DNA of 64,000 bases from Paraphysomonas bandaiensis (GCA_965644295.1 CBFFRP010000178.1:1-64000); one strand, 5' to 3'. Shown: positions 1 through 14,039, counted from the first letter of the stretch. The notes: generated from the letters alone by a model not told the origin. A program made the numbers and translations.

Positions 1-3000
1 TCCCCCTCAATTGAGTGTTGTACTTGTAACCCCTCCCAGCTATTGAATGCCTGAGATAAAAAAAATTCTTGACAGTAAAATAGACTCATCTCTAAGTCTA
101 AACCTCTGTCTAAAAAACTCAGTACCTACTTGCGCCTTCTTTTATCCCTTGGTCCCTCATTAATCACTTCAGTGGAACTCTTAACTTTCTCTCCCAGATT
201 TTCTCTTTCTCTGCTCCATATATGATAAATAACCAATGACTTTCTTATTAAATATCTGCTGCTTGTTGCGATGTATGCACATGCACTAACTTAATCGTAT
301 TGAACTGATTGGGATCACATTGCTCCTCTCACCATGTGATACTTAATCTCAATGTGCTTCGACTTCTTGTGAAACACTGGATTTTCAGCCCAAATCCTGG
401 GCACTCTGACTGTCGATGAAGAATGGTGTGGGTTTGATGAGCCTCAACTTAATCTCCCCCGTCACCCCCGAACCCATAGCACTTCTTGGAGACCCGAGTA
501 AATACACTGATACTCAGACTGCATGTGACGTTGCCACTGTCGTCTGCAGTTTGGACTGCCAGACTATAGGCCCTCCCCACCCTGCAAACTTAACGTACCC
601 CGACGTGGACTTTCCTGGAGAGCTGATCTCACGCCCAATCCGCGTCAGTAAACATATGGAAGTCGAACCGTCTACTCCCATATTGAGTCCTTTGTCAATA
701 GAACCACGAATATATTGCCATGCATGTGTTAGTAGCTTGCATACTTCAATATTCACCTTATTACTGAACCGAGACAGTTGGCTCCCACTGCATAGGCAAT
801 ATCCGGCCTCCGTGTTCATCGATAGATATAGTAATGCACCTATCGGCCGATATGGGAAGTCAGCGTACTATAGCTGTTCCTCCTCGGCCCCAATGCTCAT
901 GCCGCGCCCCTTTTGCCACTAAATCCATTGCTCCCGCCGGTAGAGGACTCTTCCCGTACCTTTCGCTTGGTGACCCAAGATACTTTTCAAACTTTTCTAA
1001 GATCTTAGCCGCATACTTTCTACTGATTGGTCAAGACGAATATACTCTGGCGTTCTTGTGACTCAGAACATTCAGAAAATGTTCCATCTCACTTCATATC
1101 CTTCATATCAAACCGGGCACACAGTTGAGCTTTAATATCCTTCACTATGTTGACATCACGACCTAACACTAGGATATCATCCACATATATCGTTAATAAT
1201 ATCAATTCATCGCCCTTATACTGATAATACAAACACCGGGTCTAATACACATGGTTTAAAATGCATAGATCGTATGAATTTATCCAATGTTTTCCACCAC
1301 GACCGCGGGGAACTCCGAAGCCCGTATAACGACTTCTTCAGCTTAAAAAGCAGTACCCCTCAGGCGGCTGAAAGTCCGGGTTGCCTTCATATATACGTCC
1401 CCCCTCTATATCTGCATATAGAAATGCGTTAGACACATCAGTTGATGAATTACCATGTTCATCACGAAAGCCATGGCGATTAACAGTCGCACTGTTACCC
1501 CCTTAACAACAGGTGCGAAATGGTTCGTAACCACTCGACTACTGTCCACAACCGGTGCTACAAGACGAGCCTTATATCAGCGGACCTCTCCTCCTTATCG
1601 TACTTCTTTCCATGGGCAATACTTGGAGTGCAGTGGGACGACTCCGTCCGGTATACGAGTCACCTCCATGGTATCTCCCCAGCGCTTCGCCAAACCCTCT
1701 CGCTCTACACGGCGAGCTCGTCTCCACTCCCTGTGCTCGGCACTCTCCAAGGACTCACGATGTGTCCCAGGCACTGTCGACTCTTCCGCTGACATCCACA
1801 CTGAGTCTGCCTCCTGTAAAAGGTCACTCACATCACTCTCATCACTCAAATGATGGATTTGTCCTAACACCGACACATTCGTTACCGTCCTTGGAGTTCT
1901 TGCGCGTTTGCCGTGCGGATGATTCTCGGCAGGGGTCCCTTCCCCCGAAGGTAATGCTGAGTCAGCCTGGGGCTGCACCTGCCCACTTTCCGACTGCTGT
2001 GGCACCACTCCGCTGATACCGCCGTCACGGTTGTCAGTAACTCTGGCCTAACCACCCTCTGCGCAAGATCCTCTGTCATCTTCTTGATGTCAGCAATATG
2101 AATAGGAGTTTTATCCTCCACTTGAACCTGGTTACCAGTAACCAACGACCGGTATCCCACAATAAGTCCCTTCCTTATCACCACTCTGTTAGTCTTGTAT
2201 AGCAGACCACCATCCTCATGGTGCTTTCCGATAAGATACTCAAACTCACCCGGTTGACGAGCCTCGGGATCTATAGCCGCTTGACCTCCTCCAGCTCTCT
2301 ATAATAATCCTGAGACCTCTCAGGCATGATTCATCAAATAATACATGTACAGAGTGTACTACGGTGTCCCCCACTAGCACCTTGTATCCTTTTCGATCAG
2401 CTGGATACCCACAAATAACCTGTCATTGCTTTGTCCTCCCAGTCCTTCCTCCTGTCGGCCTTGGGTGTTGCTTACGCACTTTGCACCCCCATTTCCGTAA
2501 CCACGATAGGCTGGGAACGCTCCCCCTGGGACACACTCATATGGAGACATCCATCCTTGCCACGTCCGAGTTGGCATTCGTCGCACCAATGTAACAGCCA
2601 CAGTTTGATAAGCATCAGACCAGAACGACTTTGGAAGTCCAGATGCCGTCAACATCGTCAGTGTCATCTCCCCAATTGTTCAGAATTTCCTCTCAGACAC
2701 CGCGTTGAGCTCTGGCGTGTCTCGTGTTGTATGTGACACTGAGTCCCATATCGCTGCAACAGATACTCTCTTATCTGCCGACTAATAAGTTCGGATCCTC
2801 CATCGGCATGATACTTCCACTATACGGTTCCACCCCCTCGTACTTCTCCAAGTGGACCTCGCACAAGTGTCGTAGACATTTGAACACCTCCTCTCCGCTT
2901 CGAGTCCTCAATCCATATTCCCATATCATCTTTTGTTGCTAAGTCCGTAAATAGGAGCACGTACTTATACCCTTGTCTGGATTCACAATTGAGATAGACG

Positions 3001-3240
3001 GAGTCCCCCTCCCTTCGTTTTTTTCACACGGTAGTTGTATAAGCGATATATATTGCGTAGCATCAAACAGCGTCGAAATTGATTAAACGGCAGAGCTAGA
3101 AGTAGCCTACGATACAACTTCTCAACTGCTCCCATACCCCATTCAGCAGCCTGTCTAGCCGAGGTTATTTGCGTCCCGACTAGTATAAGTGTATAAGTCC
3201 CTGCCTTGCTTCTGGAGAGGCATTTTCTACATCATTTTCC
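1..3240 (-). mobile_element. Decayed, 5'-truncated Ty1/copia LTR retrotransposon (integrase-RT-RNase H remnants)
   Basis: Minus strand gives integrase-like SGLPKSFWSDAY (~2620), RT FAPVVKGVTVRLLIA (~1500), DVSNAFLY (~1430), IYVDDIL (~1180) and RNase H ENPVFHKKSKHIEIKYH (~350). Domain order INT-RT-RH is copia-type. Bases 1-10 read TTGAGGGGGA on minus, a copia-type polypurine tract. Many frameshifts and stops. Confidence 0.93.
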
Positions 3241-3255
3241 TTTATAACAAACAGT

Positions 3256-3387
3256 CTGTCAAACATTAAGTATCCTCTTCTTTATGATGGTCGCTGGGGG
3301 TTTGTGGAGAGGGCTTCTGCACTTTGTAATCTTTGCCATCCACAAACCCCCAGCGACCATAAAGAAGAGGACACTTATGTTTGACAG
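3256..3387. repeat. ~50-bp-arm inverted repeat (fold-back) with ~30-nt loop
   Basis: 3256-3308 ctgtcaaacattaagtatcctcttctttatgatggtcgctgggggtttgtgga pairs with 3339-3387 apart from one mismatch and two small indels. Confidence 0.95.
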
Positions 3388-3700
3388 CAAGACCCTAAAC
3401 TCGCTGTAGATCCAACGTTGGCCAACAGATTTTAGCCTCACTTAAGTCACTTAAAGATCTGTCAAGTGCCTCTTCGGTCTTCGGCTAGTTTAAGTGTCTT
3501 GGAAAGAGTGGCTGGCACTATACCAAATGTTTGACAAAGAGTCTTCGCTAACATGGTGTCCGTGTAGTAAGCCTTTGTGATATAATTTCGTTCTCTAAGC
3601 ATCAATCTGATGCGTTCCAGCACCAATAGCTTCATCAACAAGTGTCTCTTATGTGCAGCACCATGCAGTGCAACCATCATGGAGCGGTATATAGCCATGT
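3311..3700 (-). mobile_element. PIF/Harbinger-type transposase fragment
   Basis: Minus strand: HTH-like KTLCQTFGIVPATLSKTL, then after frameshifts HKCPLLYGRWGFVDGKDYKVQKPS (first catalytic Asp motif of Harbinger-type DDE enzymes). Truncated after that motif. Confidence 0.65.
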
Positions 3701-4196
3701 TAACACTTATTATGGGTGTATTGCTTCGCCCCCCCCCGGGATATTGGAGGCGCAGCCCTTATCACAGTATCGGGCCCCACACGGGGGTGTCCAAGGCGAC
3801 AGTCCTGGGCACTGGGTGTTCTGAAAAGGCGATGCAACCAGCTTTCGATACACAGCGTCTCTCACAATCGAGAAGATTAAATGTGTCTATGAAATATGTT
3901 GCTAATTCTAGTGGGTAGAAAGTCCCCTTCAATGCGCTGCCCCCTCCGCATCTCTGATGTAGTAACAAGTCCACTGCTGATGCGTGTACTGATGCGTGAA
4001 GACAAGATCTCTACTACATTGCAGTATGTGGATGATTACGTATTTTCCCTTATATTATGCTCACATATCTATAGATACTGGAAAATTCACATTCCATTCT
4101 CTATATTTCTGCATAACAGTATGCAAAAACCCTACTTCTGTATTTTATAAATGAAAACGTGTGGTTTCTGTCTTCTTTCTCCTGAGTTATTCCTAG

Positions 4197-4384
4197 GAGA
4201 CTTTTTTCGACAAAGCGGACCAGTCTGGTCCCACTTTATTTTTTTGTATTGTGTTTTTTTGTATGGAACATGGGGGTATGGAACGTGTAGAGCTTGGTCA
4301 AAATGACCACAATTTTTTATTTCGAGTGGGACCAAATACAGTCCGACAAGTGGAGGGCTGGTCCACTTTGTCAAAAAACGTCTC
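4197..4384. mobile_element. 188-bp MITE, deletion derivative of the Sola-type element at 40050-43252
   Basis: Ends GAGACTTTTTTCGACAAAGCGGACCAG and CTGGTCCACTTTGTCAAAAAACGTCTC. CTAG is duplicated on both sides (4193-4196, 4385-4388). Its left and right parts match the two ends of the 40050-43252 element. Confidence 0.9.
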
Positions 4385-4744
4385 CTAGTTTTCTTGTTGG
4401 TGCAGTTTAAATATTTTATGACCAACCAATCCTAATCCATTGGCACGAATGTTCATGAAATTTCTCACAACATACACTAGTGCAGTAGATTGTACATAGT
4501 GTACACTGATGGACAGAAGTGTATACTTCGTATTGCTATATGTACAGAGTATACCTCTGCTGTATTATGTGTATATATATGTATATGTGTATATATATGG
4601 CTGTATATGTGTATATATATGTGTATATATCCAACTGTTATACATTTCAATCATATCTCCCCACATATACATCCATACATTCCACACATTCCACATTATC
4701 TTCCAATTAATCAACTAAAATACAATCTATCTATTCATTTCATC

Positions 4745-7700
4745 ATGTCTTCCACACATCCTTTACAAGATAATGATGATAGCGGTGAATACAGTGCTGA
4801 AAATCTGGTAATAGCATATACATATACATACAACCCCCTCTAATAACATAAACATATATATGTATATATAAACAGGCATATAAAAAAGATTTAAGAGATA
4901 AAAACCCGATTTTTATAGCAACAATAGAAGGAAATTTAGAAAATTTAATTGATATATTTGATAATCTGACAATACATGAACAAAAAGATATTTTAGAGGA
5001 ATTAAATGTATGTATATATATATATATGTGTGATAATGTACTAATAGAGAGCTCTATATGATAGTTATCATTAGGTGGAACCATTCTTCATATTGCATTA
5101 CATAAACGACATATTTATGTTGCTAAATTTATTTTATCTATTGCTGCTGCTGTGGATGCTGATATGGGGATAAAGAATAAGGTTACGATTAGCTAATATA
5201 CATGATTATACTGTAATGTTATATTGTAATCATTTAATAGGATGGAGATACACCACTTCATTGTGCTGTTAGAACGAATAATGAGGTTGTTGTGAAAGAA
5301 ATTGTCAAGATTCTCAAGCGTGCTAAACTGATCAACGCTACTAACCACGTAATGACTTTGTAAATGTTTGACGTATTACGTACACTTGGTCAATAATTTG
5401 CAGTTTGTTGAATATTTATAATGTATTGTGCCTATGACGATGAGTTTCGCTGTCATGTGATTGTATTGTATTGCATAGTTCGGTGAGACTCCTCTGCACC
5501 TCTGCGGTCAGCACAAATGCTCTTGCCCACCGAAATGTGTCAATTGTACATCCTGTACCGCGTGCTCAATGTGTCTTGTTTGTGAACCGCACAGCCATGA
5601 GTCGAATGAAAGCGACTCTGGTGCAGTTTCGAGCGTTGATACACCTGAACCGTTACCTCAGTGTACTACCATCGCGGCTATCTTGTACGAGCATGGGGCG
5701 AATATTGAAGCATGGAATGCGGTATGTCAGATTTGTACATAGTGGTACTGTAGTAACAATTGTCACAACAACCTACGCACGCTTTGTGAAATATGTATGT
5801 TGCGCCAATTATATTTATTGCGTCATGGTATTACACGGTGCATAGTATTAATTGCCATACTCAGGGCGCCAAAAACCCCTATCATGTAGCAGCGGAAAAT
5901 GGAAATACTCATATGATTAGGTTTCTGAATAGCGTTGATAAGACTCGACGCTTATATACTCTGGTACGCCAAATGACTGTATTTTTGAAGTGTGTGTGCT
6001 CTAATTATTGAACATGGATGTGTTGCATGACTGCCATACAAGTATACAAGAAAATATATTGATGTATTGTATGTGCTATTGAGTAGAGGGTAGATAGAGT
6101 CATCAAAGAGAAAGAAGAAAAAGTAAAGTTTTTTAAAAATTTAAAGAAAGCGTTAAAGAAGAAAATTGGAATTAAAACTAAAGGGGAAGTGGTACGACAT
6201 CCTTATATTTGTACTTCTGTCGTGTCTAAATGTCGGGTTTGTTCGCGTGTGTTGTAGGGACGGATTCTGCCTACATGTTCGAAAAAGTGTATGTCGTCTA
6301 CTTTTGAGAAGGTAAATGTGTTTATGTGTAGTTCGTGGCAGCTTTTGTACTGCCAGGCAACATAACGTGGCCAATGTATTTTTGTATGATAAGTAATAGA
6401 GTGTATCTGTACTAAATTGTATGGCGGTTCATATAGTACTACAGTAACCCTCACGTGTCGTTTTCAGCTATTTGTTACTCCTTTGCTGAGAGCTTCGTGG
6501 CTATTAACGGGAGATGAAGCGAAACGGAACCAACGCAGGCTTGACGGAGAAGTCACCAGTACTGAGGCTGATCCAGCCGAATACAGACAGCAAATTATCT
6601 CAATGGCCAGGAATAGATTACATGGTACGTGACTCTACACTGCACATAACCTTTGTTCCTGCTTTCTGTATACACTGATAAAGCAGTACTTTAGTACAAT
6701 CTGGAAGAACTAACGATGATGAGGCTCCTACTGCTATAGAGTCGGACGCGGCCGATGAAATTCCTGAATTCGATGATGGGCTAGACCATGAAAAAGTTCA
6801 GGTATGATGATTTCATGCCTCTAATATATCCAAGTTGCCTTGGGTTTACTGTATGCTGTATCCATTCAGCTGATCTCTTTAACGATAATTTGATACAGAA
6901 ACCTCATTATTCCCTCACACCTCTACTACTAGCTATATGCAAGGGGCACATCGACACCGCCCTATTTCTAATTGATTATGACAGGCAACATGCCAAAAAG
7001 ACAGTGGACTGTGTAAGTCTCACTATTATAACATCTGCGTGCTTACTATGCGTAACTACACTTGCTCGCACACGTCACGCCTTTCTGCATTCCGTGTGTG
7101 TGTAATTTCTACTCAAATGGTAGCATGGCAACGGCCCTATGCATATGGCGGCCCGATCGGGTCTTGTGGAAATGCTTGAGGTACTCGTGAAGCATCCTGT
7201 TTTGGGGGGACCTTTAGTAGATGAAAGCGGTAAACCGACTCATTTGAATAAGGTACTTTGTGCTGCGTAGTAGTGGGGGAAATGTCTATCCGAGGAAGTT
7301 ACGTTGTGTCGTACTGTTAGCAATCGTGCTCTTGTAGTGTTGGTTGTGGGATGAGCTTGAGTTTGTCCGTCGTATGGATTTGTGTTATGCTATCTGTACA
7401 CTGCCCACTTTTATGAGTTCTTTGTGCCGGTTTTAGCAAGACGAGAATTTGCTTCATATCGCTGCAGCGCATGGGAATTACAGAATGACGGTCCATCTAA
7501 TAAGCAAATGCTTTGATATTGAGAGTCCCACATCGGTTAGTAGAGCTGTGTATATATATACTTTTTGATTTTTCATAAAAATGCGCGCCGTCATAGTTGT
7601 AATGAAATTAATAATTCTAATTGCGAAATACTGCAGAAATATTTTCGGCCGTTACATTTTGCAGCAAAAGGGGGACATTTGAAAGTCGTCAAGACACTGG

Positions 7701-10700
7701 TTCGACGATTTGGTGCTAATGTTAACACGTTGAACAAGGTATTTCTACTGTATGCTTATGCTGCTTGGTGTTCAAGTGTAAAAACGGCTAATTCGCGTTT
7801 TGTTAATTCGGTTGGCTTTGTTCAGAGACACAATTCCCCATTGGTATTAGCGTGTAAGTTTCGGCACTTTGATGTCATTGAGTTCTTGTTAAAGAATGGT
7901 GCCGATGCGAATTCTAAAAATAAGGTGCGGTGCACGTGGGGCATGAGTGAACGAGAGTAATGCTGCCATAGTGCGTTACTTGCCAATTGTTATTTCTCGC
8001 TTTTTTTAGTGTATTATACGTAAAAATAGCTATGTGTATTCCTTGTTGATATGTTCAAAATATTAGGGGTCGATGACACCACTGAGGGGTGCCATTTCCA
8101 GCATAAAAGATAGCAGAATGCTGATACGTATGATTAACTTACTGGTACAGCATGGAGCTGATGTATTTGTGAAAAAGGCTGAGGTTAGTGTGACAATTCA
8201 TATACTTGATAGTCTGAAATGCTGTAACGGCTATTTTCACCGCGGTTCCCATGGCTAGTGGTATTGCCATATTTCATTTAACCTATCACTTTTCCTAGTC
8301 AAATACAGCTCATAAAGTACTCCTGCTGGTGGCTGGTGTAAATGAAGATTCGAATAACAGTGCAACTGATGAACTTATGACATTCTCTATGATCACAATG
8401 GTGAGTCATGTTTACTGCTTGACGTATTTCGTAGAATGTTACGCAATAATTTCTGATATTCACAGCTCAAATTCTACGACACTCCTAATGCATTTTTGAA
8501 CAAGCATATGGAAGACCTTCTCACACGCCTACATGACAGAGCTGTGGGGCCTCAATTGATTAGCCAACTAGTTTTGTTTTCGGTGGCTGTCAAAGAAGCC
8601 GCCGAATCGCACCATATGGAGTCAATATTCCTCACTAAACGGCAAGAGCAGTTGGACGAGATTATCATCGAAGCAATGAAAGCACCTGTAATGGATGACT
8701 ACAAAAAATTTGTCACCACAATGTGCCTCAACCCCTTCGTTGTAGATCGTTTACCAACAGAGAATAAGCTACTAGTCGATTTAGGCAAAGGAGAATACTT
8801 GCTGACTTCTGAGGCCAAAACCCGAATCTTTTCCCGAGGTCCGGTTAGTTTGTGTATGAAGCATAACCTATCGGCATTGTGTGGCACGGCCCAGGTAAAG
8901 TAACACCTTATGTGTTGATTCTGTTAAGTATATCTCTTTTACACTGTGCGTGAGACTTTCAATAAAGTATGTCAATATCATCACAATGCTACACTATAGG
9001 TATCGACACTGAGTTACACGTCATTTTGGGATCATCTTAACGAGGATTTCAACTACTCTTCTCTTCAGTACTTGTCCCTGAAGTATATTAGAGAAGTTGG
9101 TTTCCTAGCGGTGCGGTCTCGGCCAGTGGTCATGTTTTTTCTAGAAGGCATTTCGAAGTGCTTTTTCATGCTTCTTTGTGCGTATATTGTCATAAATGTG
9201 TACTGGATCGAGTACCTCCCAGAAGGCTCCACGGAGTCACGCGATGCATACGAAGTAGGATCACCTATCATGCCCGCAGAATATGGATTAATATTTATGA
9301 CTTTTTCGATGTTGGTGTACGAGATTGGCCAAATGGAGGAGTCTGAGTGGGATATGACGACTTATTATGATGGAATGTGGAACAAACTCGATCAAATGTC
9401 ATTAGTGATGACCATAATATGGGCAATATGCAAGGTCGACCCTCACAGTTTACATTATACTGGGAAAGCTTTCTTATGCCTGACGGGTATTCCGAATTCT
9501 TTGAGTATGCTACGATACATATCCGTGCACCAATCTTCAGGAGTGCTGATATTAATGATCTTTCGGATGGGATTTGATTTGACGTGAGATATACTGCATT
9601 ATTGTATTTGTATACTGCTGTTATGTCCCGGTCATACGTGTTATGTGTCTCTTCTGTAATTATGGTTAGATCTATGTACCCCAATGATATACCAGCTGTT
9701 TTGGTATATTAAAAGCGACAACACTAACACTGTCGGTTTTTTGTTTGTGTAGAAACTTTCTCATGGTTCTCATCTTTGGTGTGTTTGGGTTTGGAATTGC
9801 ATTTATGGGACTGTTTCCTGTTGTTGAAGGATTCTCGAAAATCCAGCTCGCAGTGTACACGTTGTTTGATACTTCTCTGGGTGGGTTTTGAGACTACACG
9901 TTTATGATATGCGATGTTGATGTATGGGTGAATATCATATGACTGCTTATAAATATAGCTGTCTACTATGTCGTGATGTTTCTTTGTAGGGAATTACGAT
10001 CTCTCTATATTCAATGATGTTATGTACTCCAGTCTTGGAAAAGTTTTGACTATCGTGTTTGCCGTTTTCGTCATCATTCTCCTTCTGAATCTGCTGATAG
10101 CACGAATGGCGGTTAGTAAAATCACACTGTAGTTTGTTATGCAGTTGTATATAATAGTTATGAAAGTACTCGGTATAATACATTGAATTGTGCTTGTATG
10201 CCGTTATGTCATGATTACTCCTGTCGTTGAAATATGTTTATATTACACAGGGAACTCATGATGCAATTGATCAAAAAGCGTTTTTAGAGTGGGCACTTAT
10301 GGTGGCGAAAAATGCCCGAGACTATATGCTCCTGCAAGAGCGATGTCCGCTCTGCATGCTCCCCCCACCGTTTAATCTCGTACCTACTCTTCTGTATCCG
10401 ATACATTTCTGGTATATTAAGGTTCGCACGAAGGAAAAACCAGTGAACATTAAAGAGGTCATTAACAGACGCAAGAGCAATGCCGAGGTCTTGATGTATG
10501 ATATGAATGATGAACACAGTGAATCCTTTCGAGGAATCGCTTTAACTTATAAAGCGGTTGTGGGGCTGGTTTCCGGCCTGACTACTCGTGGGACTGTCTC
10601 AGTAGCTCCTGGCCTTATCGATGATGACGGATATTCCACGGGTTGCGATGAAGACAACGACGAGCCATTTAAGAGCGTCGTATCTATTGCTGGGACATGC

Positions 10701-11679
10701 AGTGACTGGGTTCTAAAGTGAGTGCTTCTCTCTGCTGTTATTCTATTGAGATGAGCTGGTACTTCAATACATGGCTTCATAATTGTTTTTTCTATGTTGT
10801 GATGACCCCTTTCTTCACACTCTGCAATTTTATATTAACTCATCTTTTGCAGTATCATTATGCTTCCACCACTGTTTATACTATCGATACCATTTCGTAC
10901 GATTGAATTTATCGTAAAGTTTGCACGTACAAGTAAATGGTATTTCATACCATACGGGGTTTTGATGGCGATTCCTTTTGTCCTTTTCATATCGGTATAT
11001 TTTGCGATTCGGTTATTTTATATATCGTCATCTCAAGTACGCTGGTTGAAATACTTTCGAAATGATAAGGATATTCGCTTAGAGGTTGATCATAGTATTA
11101 ATTGGTTGAAATCAAATTGGCGCAAACCGGAACGTTGTACTACTGCAACGGGTGGTAAAACTAGTGGGGCCATGGTAAGAATAAAGCTGTATAAAGTGGG
11201 GTACTGTAGAATCTTGTATTGTGCCATGGCAGTGTGATGCTTTCATTCCACATTTGCTGTACACAACGGTGTGCATGCTATGTCACCTGTCATTTTAAAT
11301 ACCTAATGAATTCGTAATGTAACGGTTAGCAACAGAGTAAATCTGCATTCGCTGCGAAGAAAAAAGACGAGTGGTTTGAAGAGAGTCTGAAAGATATATT
11401 CGGGCCGCATTTACCGGTGCGTAGGATGTAGTATCGTAGTATATTTTTTATTGTACTCTTTTAAATTTCTGTGCATGTACTAGTGTGTCACAGTGCTCTT
11501 TTATGCTGCCTTTCCCAGATTGCACTGTTGTTATGTATTCCTTTTGCGAGCGTCCTTGGTTATGTTTGTGTGGTTATTTTACTATTGTGTGTTAGGAACT
11601 CTACCCAGCTGATACCACCAAAGTTGACAGCGAAATTATTTCCCGACTTAAAAACCTTGAGGCACGATTAGGTACCTAG
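4745..11679 (+). CDS. Multi-exon ankyrin-repeat TRP-like cation channel
   Basis: Many ankyrin exons (GTILHIAL, GDTPLHCAV, GETPLHLC, TPLLLAICKG, PLHFAAKGGH, SPLVLACK). These are followed by TM segments, WNKLD, a pore/S6 region ending ILLLNLLIARM, and AFLEW...LPPPFNL as seen in TRP channels. Confidence 0.85.
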
Positions 11680-12311
11680 AGGAATTCTATCAACAATTGT
11701 CATGTTGTTTCAATATTTTTCTTTTCTTAAATGAGATTCAGTACTTGTTTTTTGTATTACGATTCTGTAGTGTGTACTGAAAGTCCTGTTCATCCTTTGA
11801 AGAATGATGAGTACTTTTGGCGTTCGTATGATGTATTTTACGTTTTCACTTTATATTCAGTAAATTTTATTATTTTAAGTAACATATCTCATAGTAGATG
11901 CGTCTTAGAATATGAAATATTTTCGGAGAGGTGGAAATATTAAACAGATTTTTGCTACAATATTATAGTGCTAATGCAATATTTATATGATTTGTACATA
12001 TAAAAATATATAAGATTTATTTACACATGTGGTTGATGGTAGGTAGATCTATTATTATATATTATTATTGATGGAGCGCTATTAACAATTGCATTGCTAT
12101 ATATTATTGCCTATCCCTGCTAATAATGAGTGCCCAGTTCCCGCAATTATAAGGACCGTTTTTAAACCCTTTTTCAATAAATATTCGCAATAATATTGGC
12201 GATAGTAATGCTCAAAGATGCCACGAAGTAACTCTAGTGTTGCATGAACATTCTATATAGAATAGGGAAGATACTATATCTCAAAAATACTTAATTATTT
12301 ATAGCATATAT

Positions 12312-12880
12312 CAGGTCTAGGGAACAATATATATTGAATATATTGCAATATATAAGTCTCATTATGCAGTAATTAAACACATGCGTAGATTCCATTTTTA
12401 GTACTAGTCATTAAGCTCACATGACTAGTCAAACCCACTACTGCTTAGCTAATCACAACTTTCCTCATACTCATTATCGGAGCCATCATCGGTGACGTCA
12501 TCATCACCACATTCATTCAAAATTACTTGAAATACGGCCACAACTGTCGAATAGCTTTCAGAAATCGCATCATATTTGAGTGTAGTAGGATGCATACTTT
12601 TGCGCAACACTGAGTGAATAAGGTTAGCTGTACTTAACAGGCATTCACATGTATTGGAAGTACATACAGCATGACTCGTGAACCTGTACTTAGATATTTC
12701 AATTTTTCGTTTCGTATTTTTCTGAATTATATTCTCCGCGGTACGAAGCCAACATCAGCTTCATCATCTTAGATATATTCTACCAGCATCTTTCTCTAGT
12801 AACCGCAAAACCTTATTTTCAGTGACACTAGCAAGAGCTTGTGTCCTGCCTTGACATGTATATATGATGTCTATAAGTTA
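12312..12880 (-). mobile_element. hAT transposon remnant (C-terminal dimerisation domain)
   Basis: Minus strand ~12700-12540 reads SKYRFTSHAVCTSNTCECLLSTANLIHSVLRKSMHPTTL..FLK. A terminal-like CAGGTCTAGG lies at 12312. Homologous to 41913-42300. Confidence 0.7.
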
Positions 12881-13059
12881 AGTAAAAATAAAGTCTAGTA
12901 ACTCCAAAATTACAGCAGAGATACTCTTCTATAATACTGTGCATTTGATTGAGTTTAATCGATAGATATCAGCACCATCCATCGCTGAGCTCCTCATGTG
13001 GAAGTGGATACATGTACCCATCTTCATCTAAGTTTGCGTAACAAAATGCAGAGTTGACA

Positions 13060-13330
13060 TTAAGCAAATGTAAGTATGTTCATAAACTCAAGCATGTGAT
13101 ACAAGGCAATATACAGAAATATAATGCTCAACTTGTTGCACTAGTCGACGGAGGAGGAACCATCTACATATACATTTGCACCGATTGTCAAAGGGATAAC
13201 TATCAGACTTGTGATTGCAATTGCTTTTATGTTTTACATGCATGTATACTAGCTTGATGTCAGCTTGATGAAGATGTGCATGTATGTATCCACCTCTAGA
13301 TGAGCTCAGCGTTGGATGGTGCTTTAAACT
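13060..13330 (+). mobile_element. Ty1/copia reverse-transcriptase fragment
   Basis: KLKHVIQGNIQKYNAQLVAL and FAPIVKGITIRLVIAIAF...LDVS, with stops and frameshifts. Confidence 0.8.
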
Positions 13331-14039
13331 CATCATGTATGTGTATATATACAGTATCTAAACTGCTGTAACATATAAAAATTGTAGATATTTATGTGGG
13401 AAAAGTGAAAAGAGTGAATATATTGTTAGAAATAGGGGATTTTTGTGGAAAAAGAGGAATATATATAGGCTGCTGTCTGATTATAGAATAGTGCTTAATA
13501 TAAACTCTTATATCAAAGTATTGACACTATCTTTGCAAGATCAGAAGAGAAAAGGTGTTCATGACATTATCTTTTCTGATGTGAGAGTATGTCACTTATG
13601 CTGGAAGTTAGTTGTGGTGTACATCCAACCAGTTCTATAGACAGGAGAAGCATGATAGGGCAAAATATCCCCAGTTTTCATCATAAATCCCAATATTTAA
13701 GTTTTAAAGCTTTTTTCTTATCTCAGAAGTCTATTTTTCTGGGGTTTCTAAAAGAAAAAAAAATGTCACCAAAATCTCTTTTGTGACCGTTGAAAAAACA
13801 TACATACATACAGAGCAGTACAGCATGGATGTATGTGTTGGATGTCCATATGTATGAACTGACGTAATATCTAACTCCATTTCTTGTTCATATATTGCAT
13901 ATATAAGTCAATTATTGCCACAATAAGTCATTGGTATCACAGAGATAAACTATCATCATATAGAAGTATAGTGCAAGCTTGTTGATCTTATTTATTACTG
14001 AAAATACATCACTATATACCTGATCTCTCTCTCATCAAA

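Noticed and set aside
416-2942. Plus-strand ORFs at the window start
   Set aside because: Antisense to the decayed copia pol gene.
4490-4718. Tyr/Ile/Cys-rich short ORFs, also at 22376-22606 and 36815-37036
   Set aside because: Translations of TA/CATA microsatellite-like low-complexity DNA.
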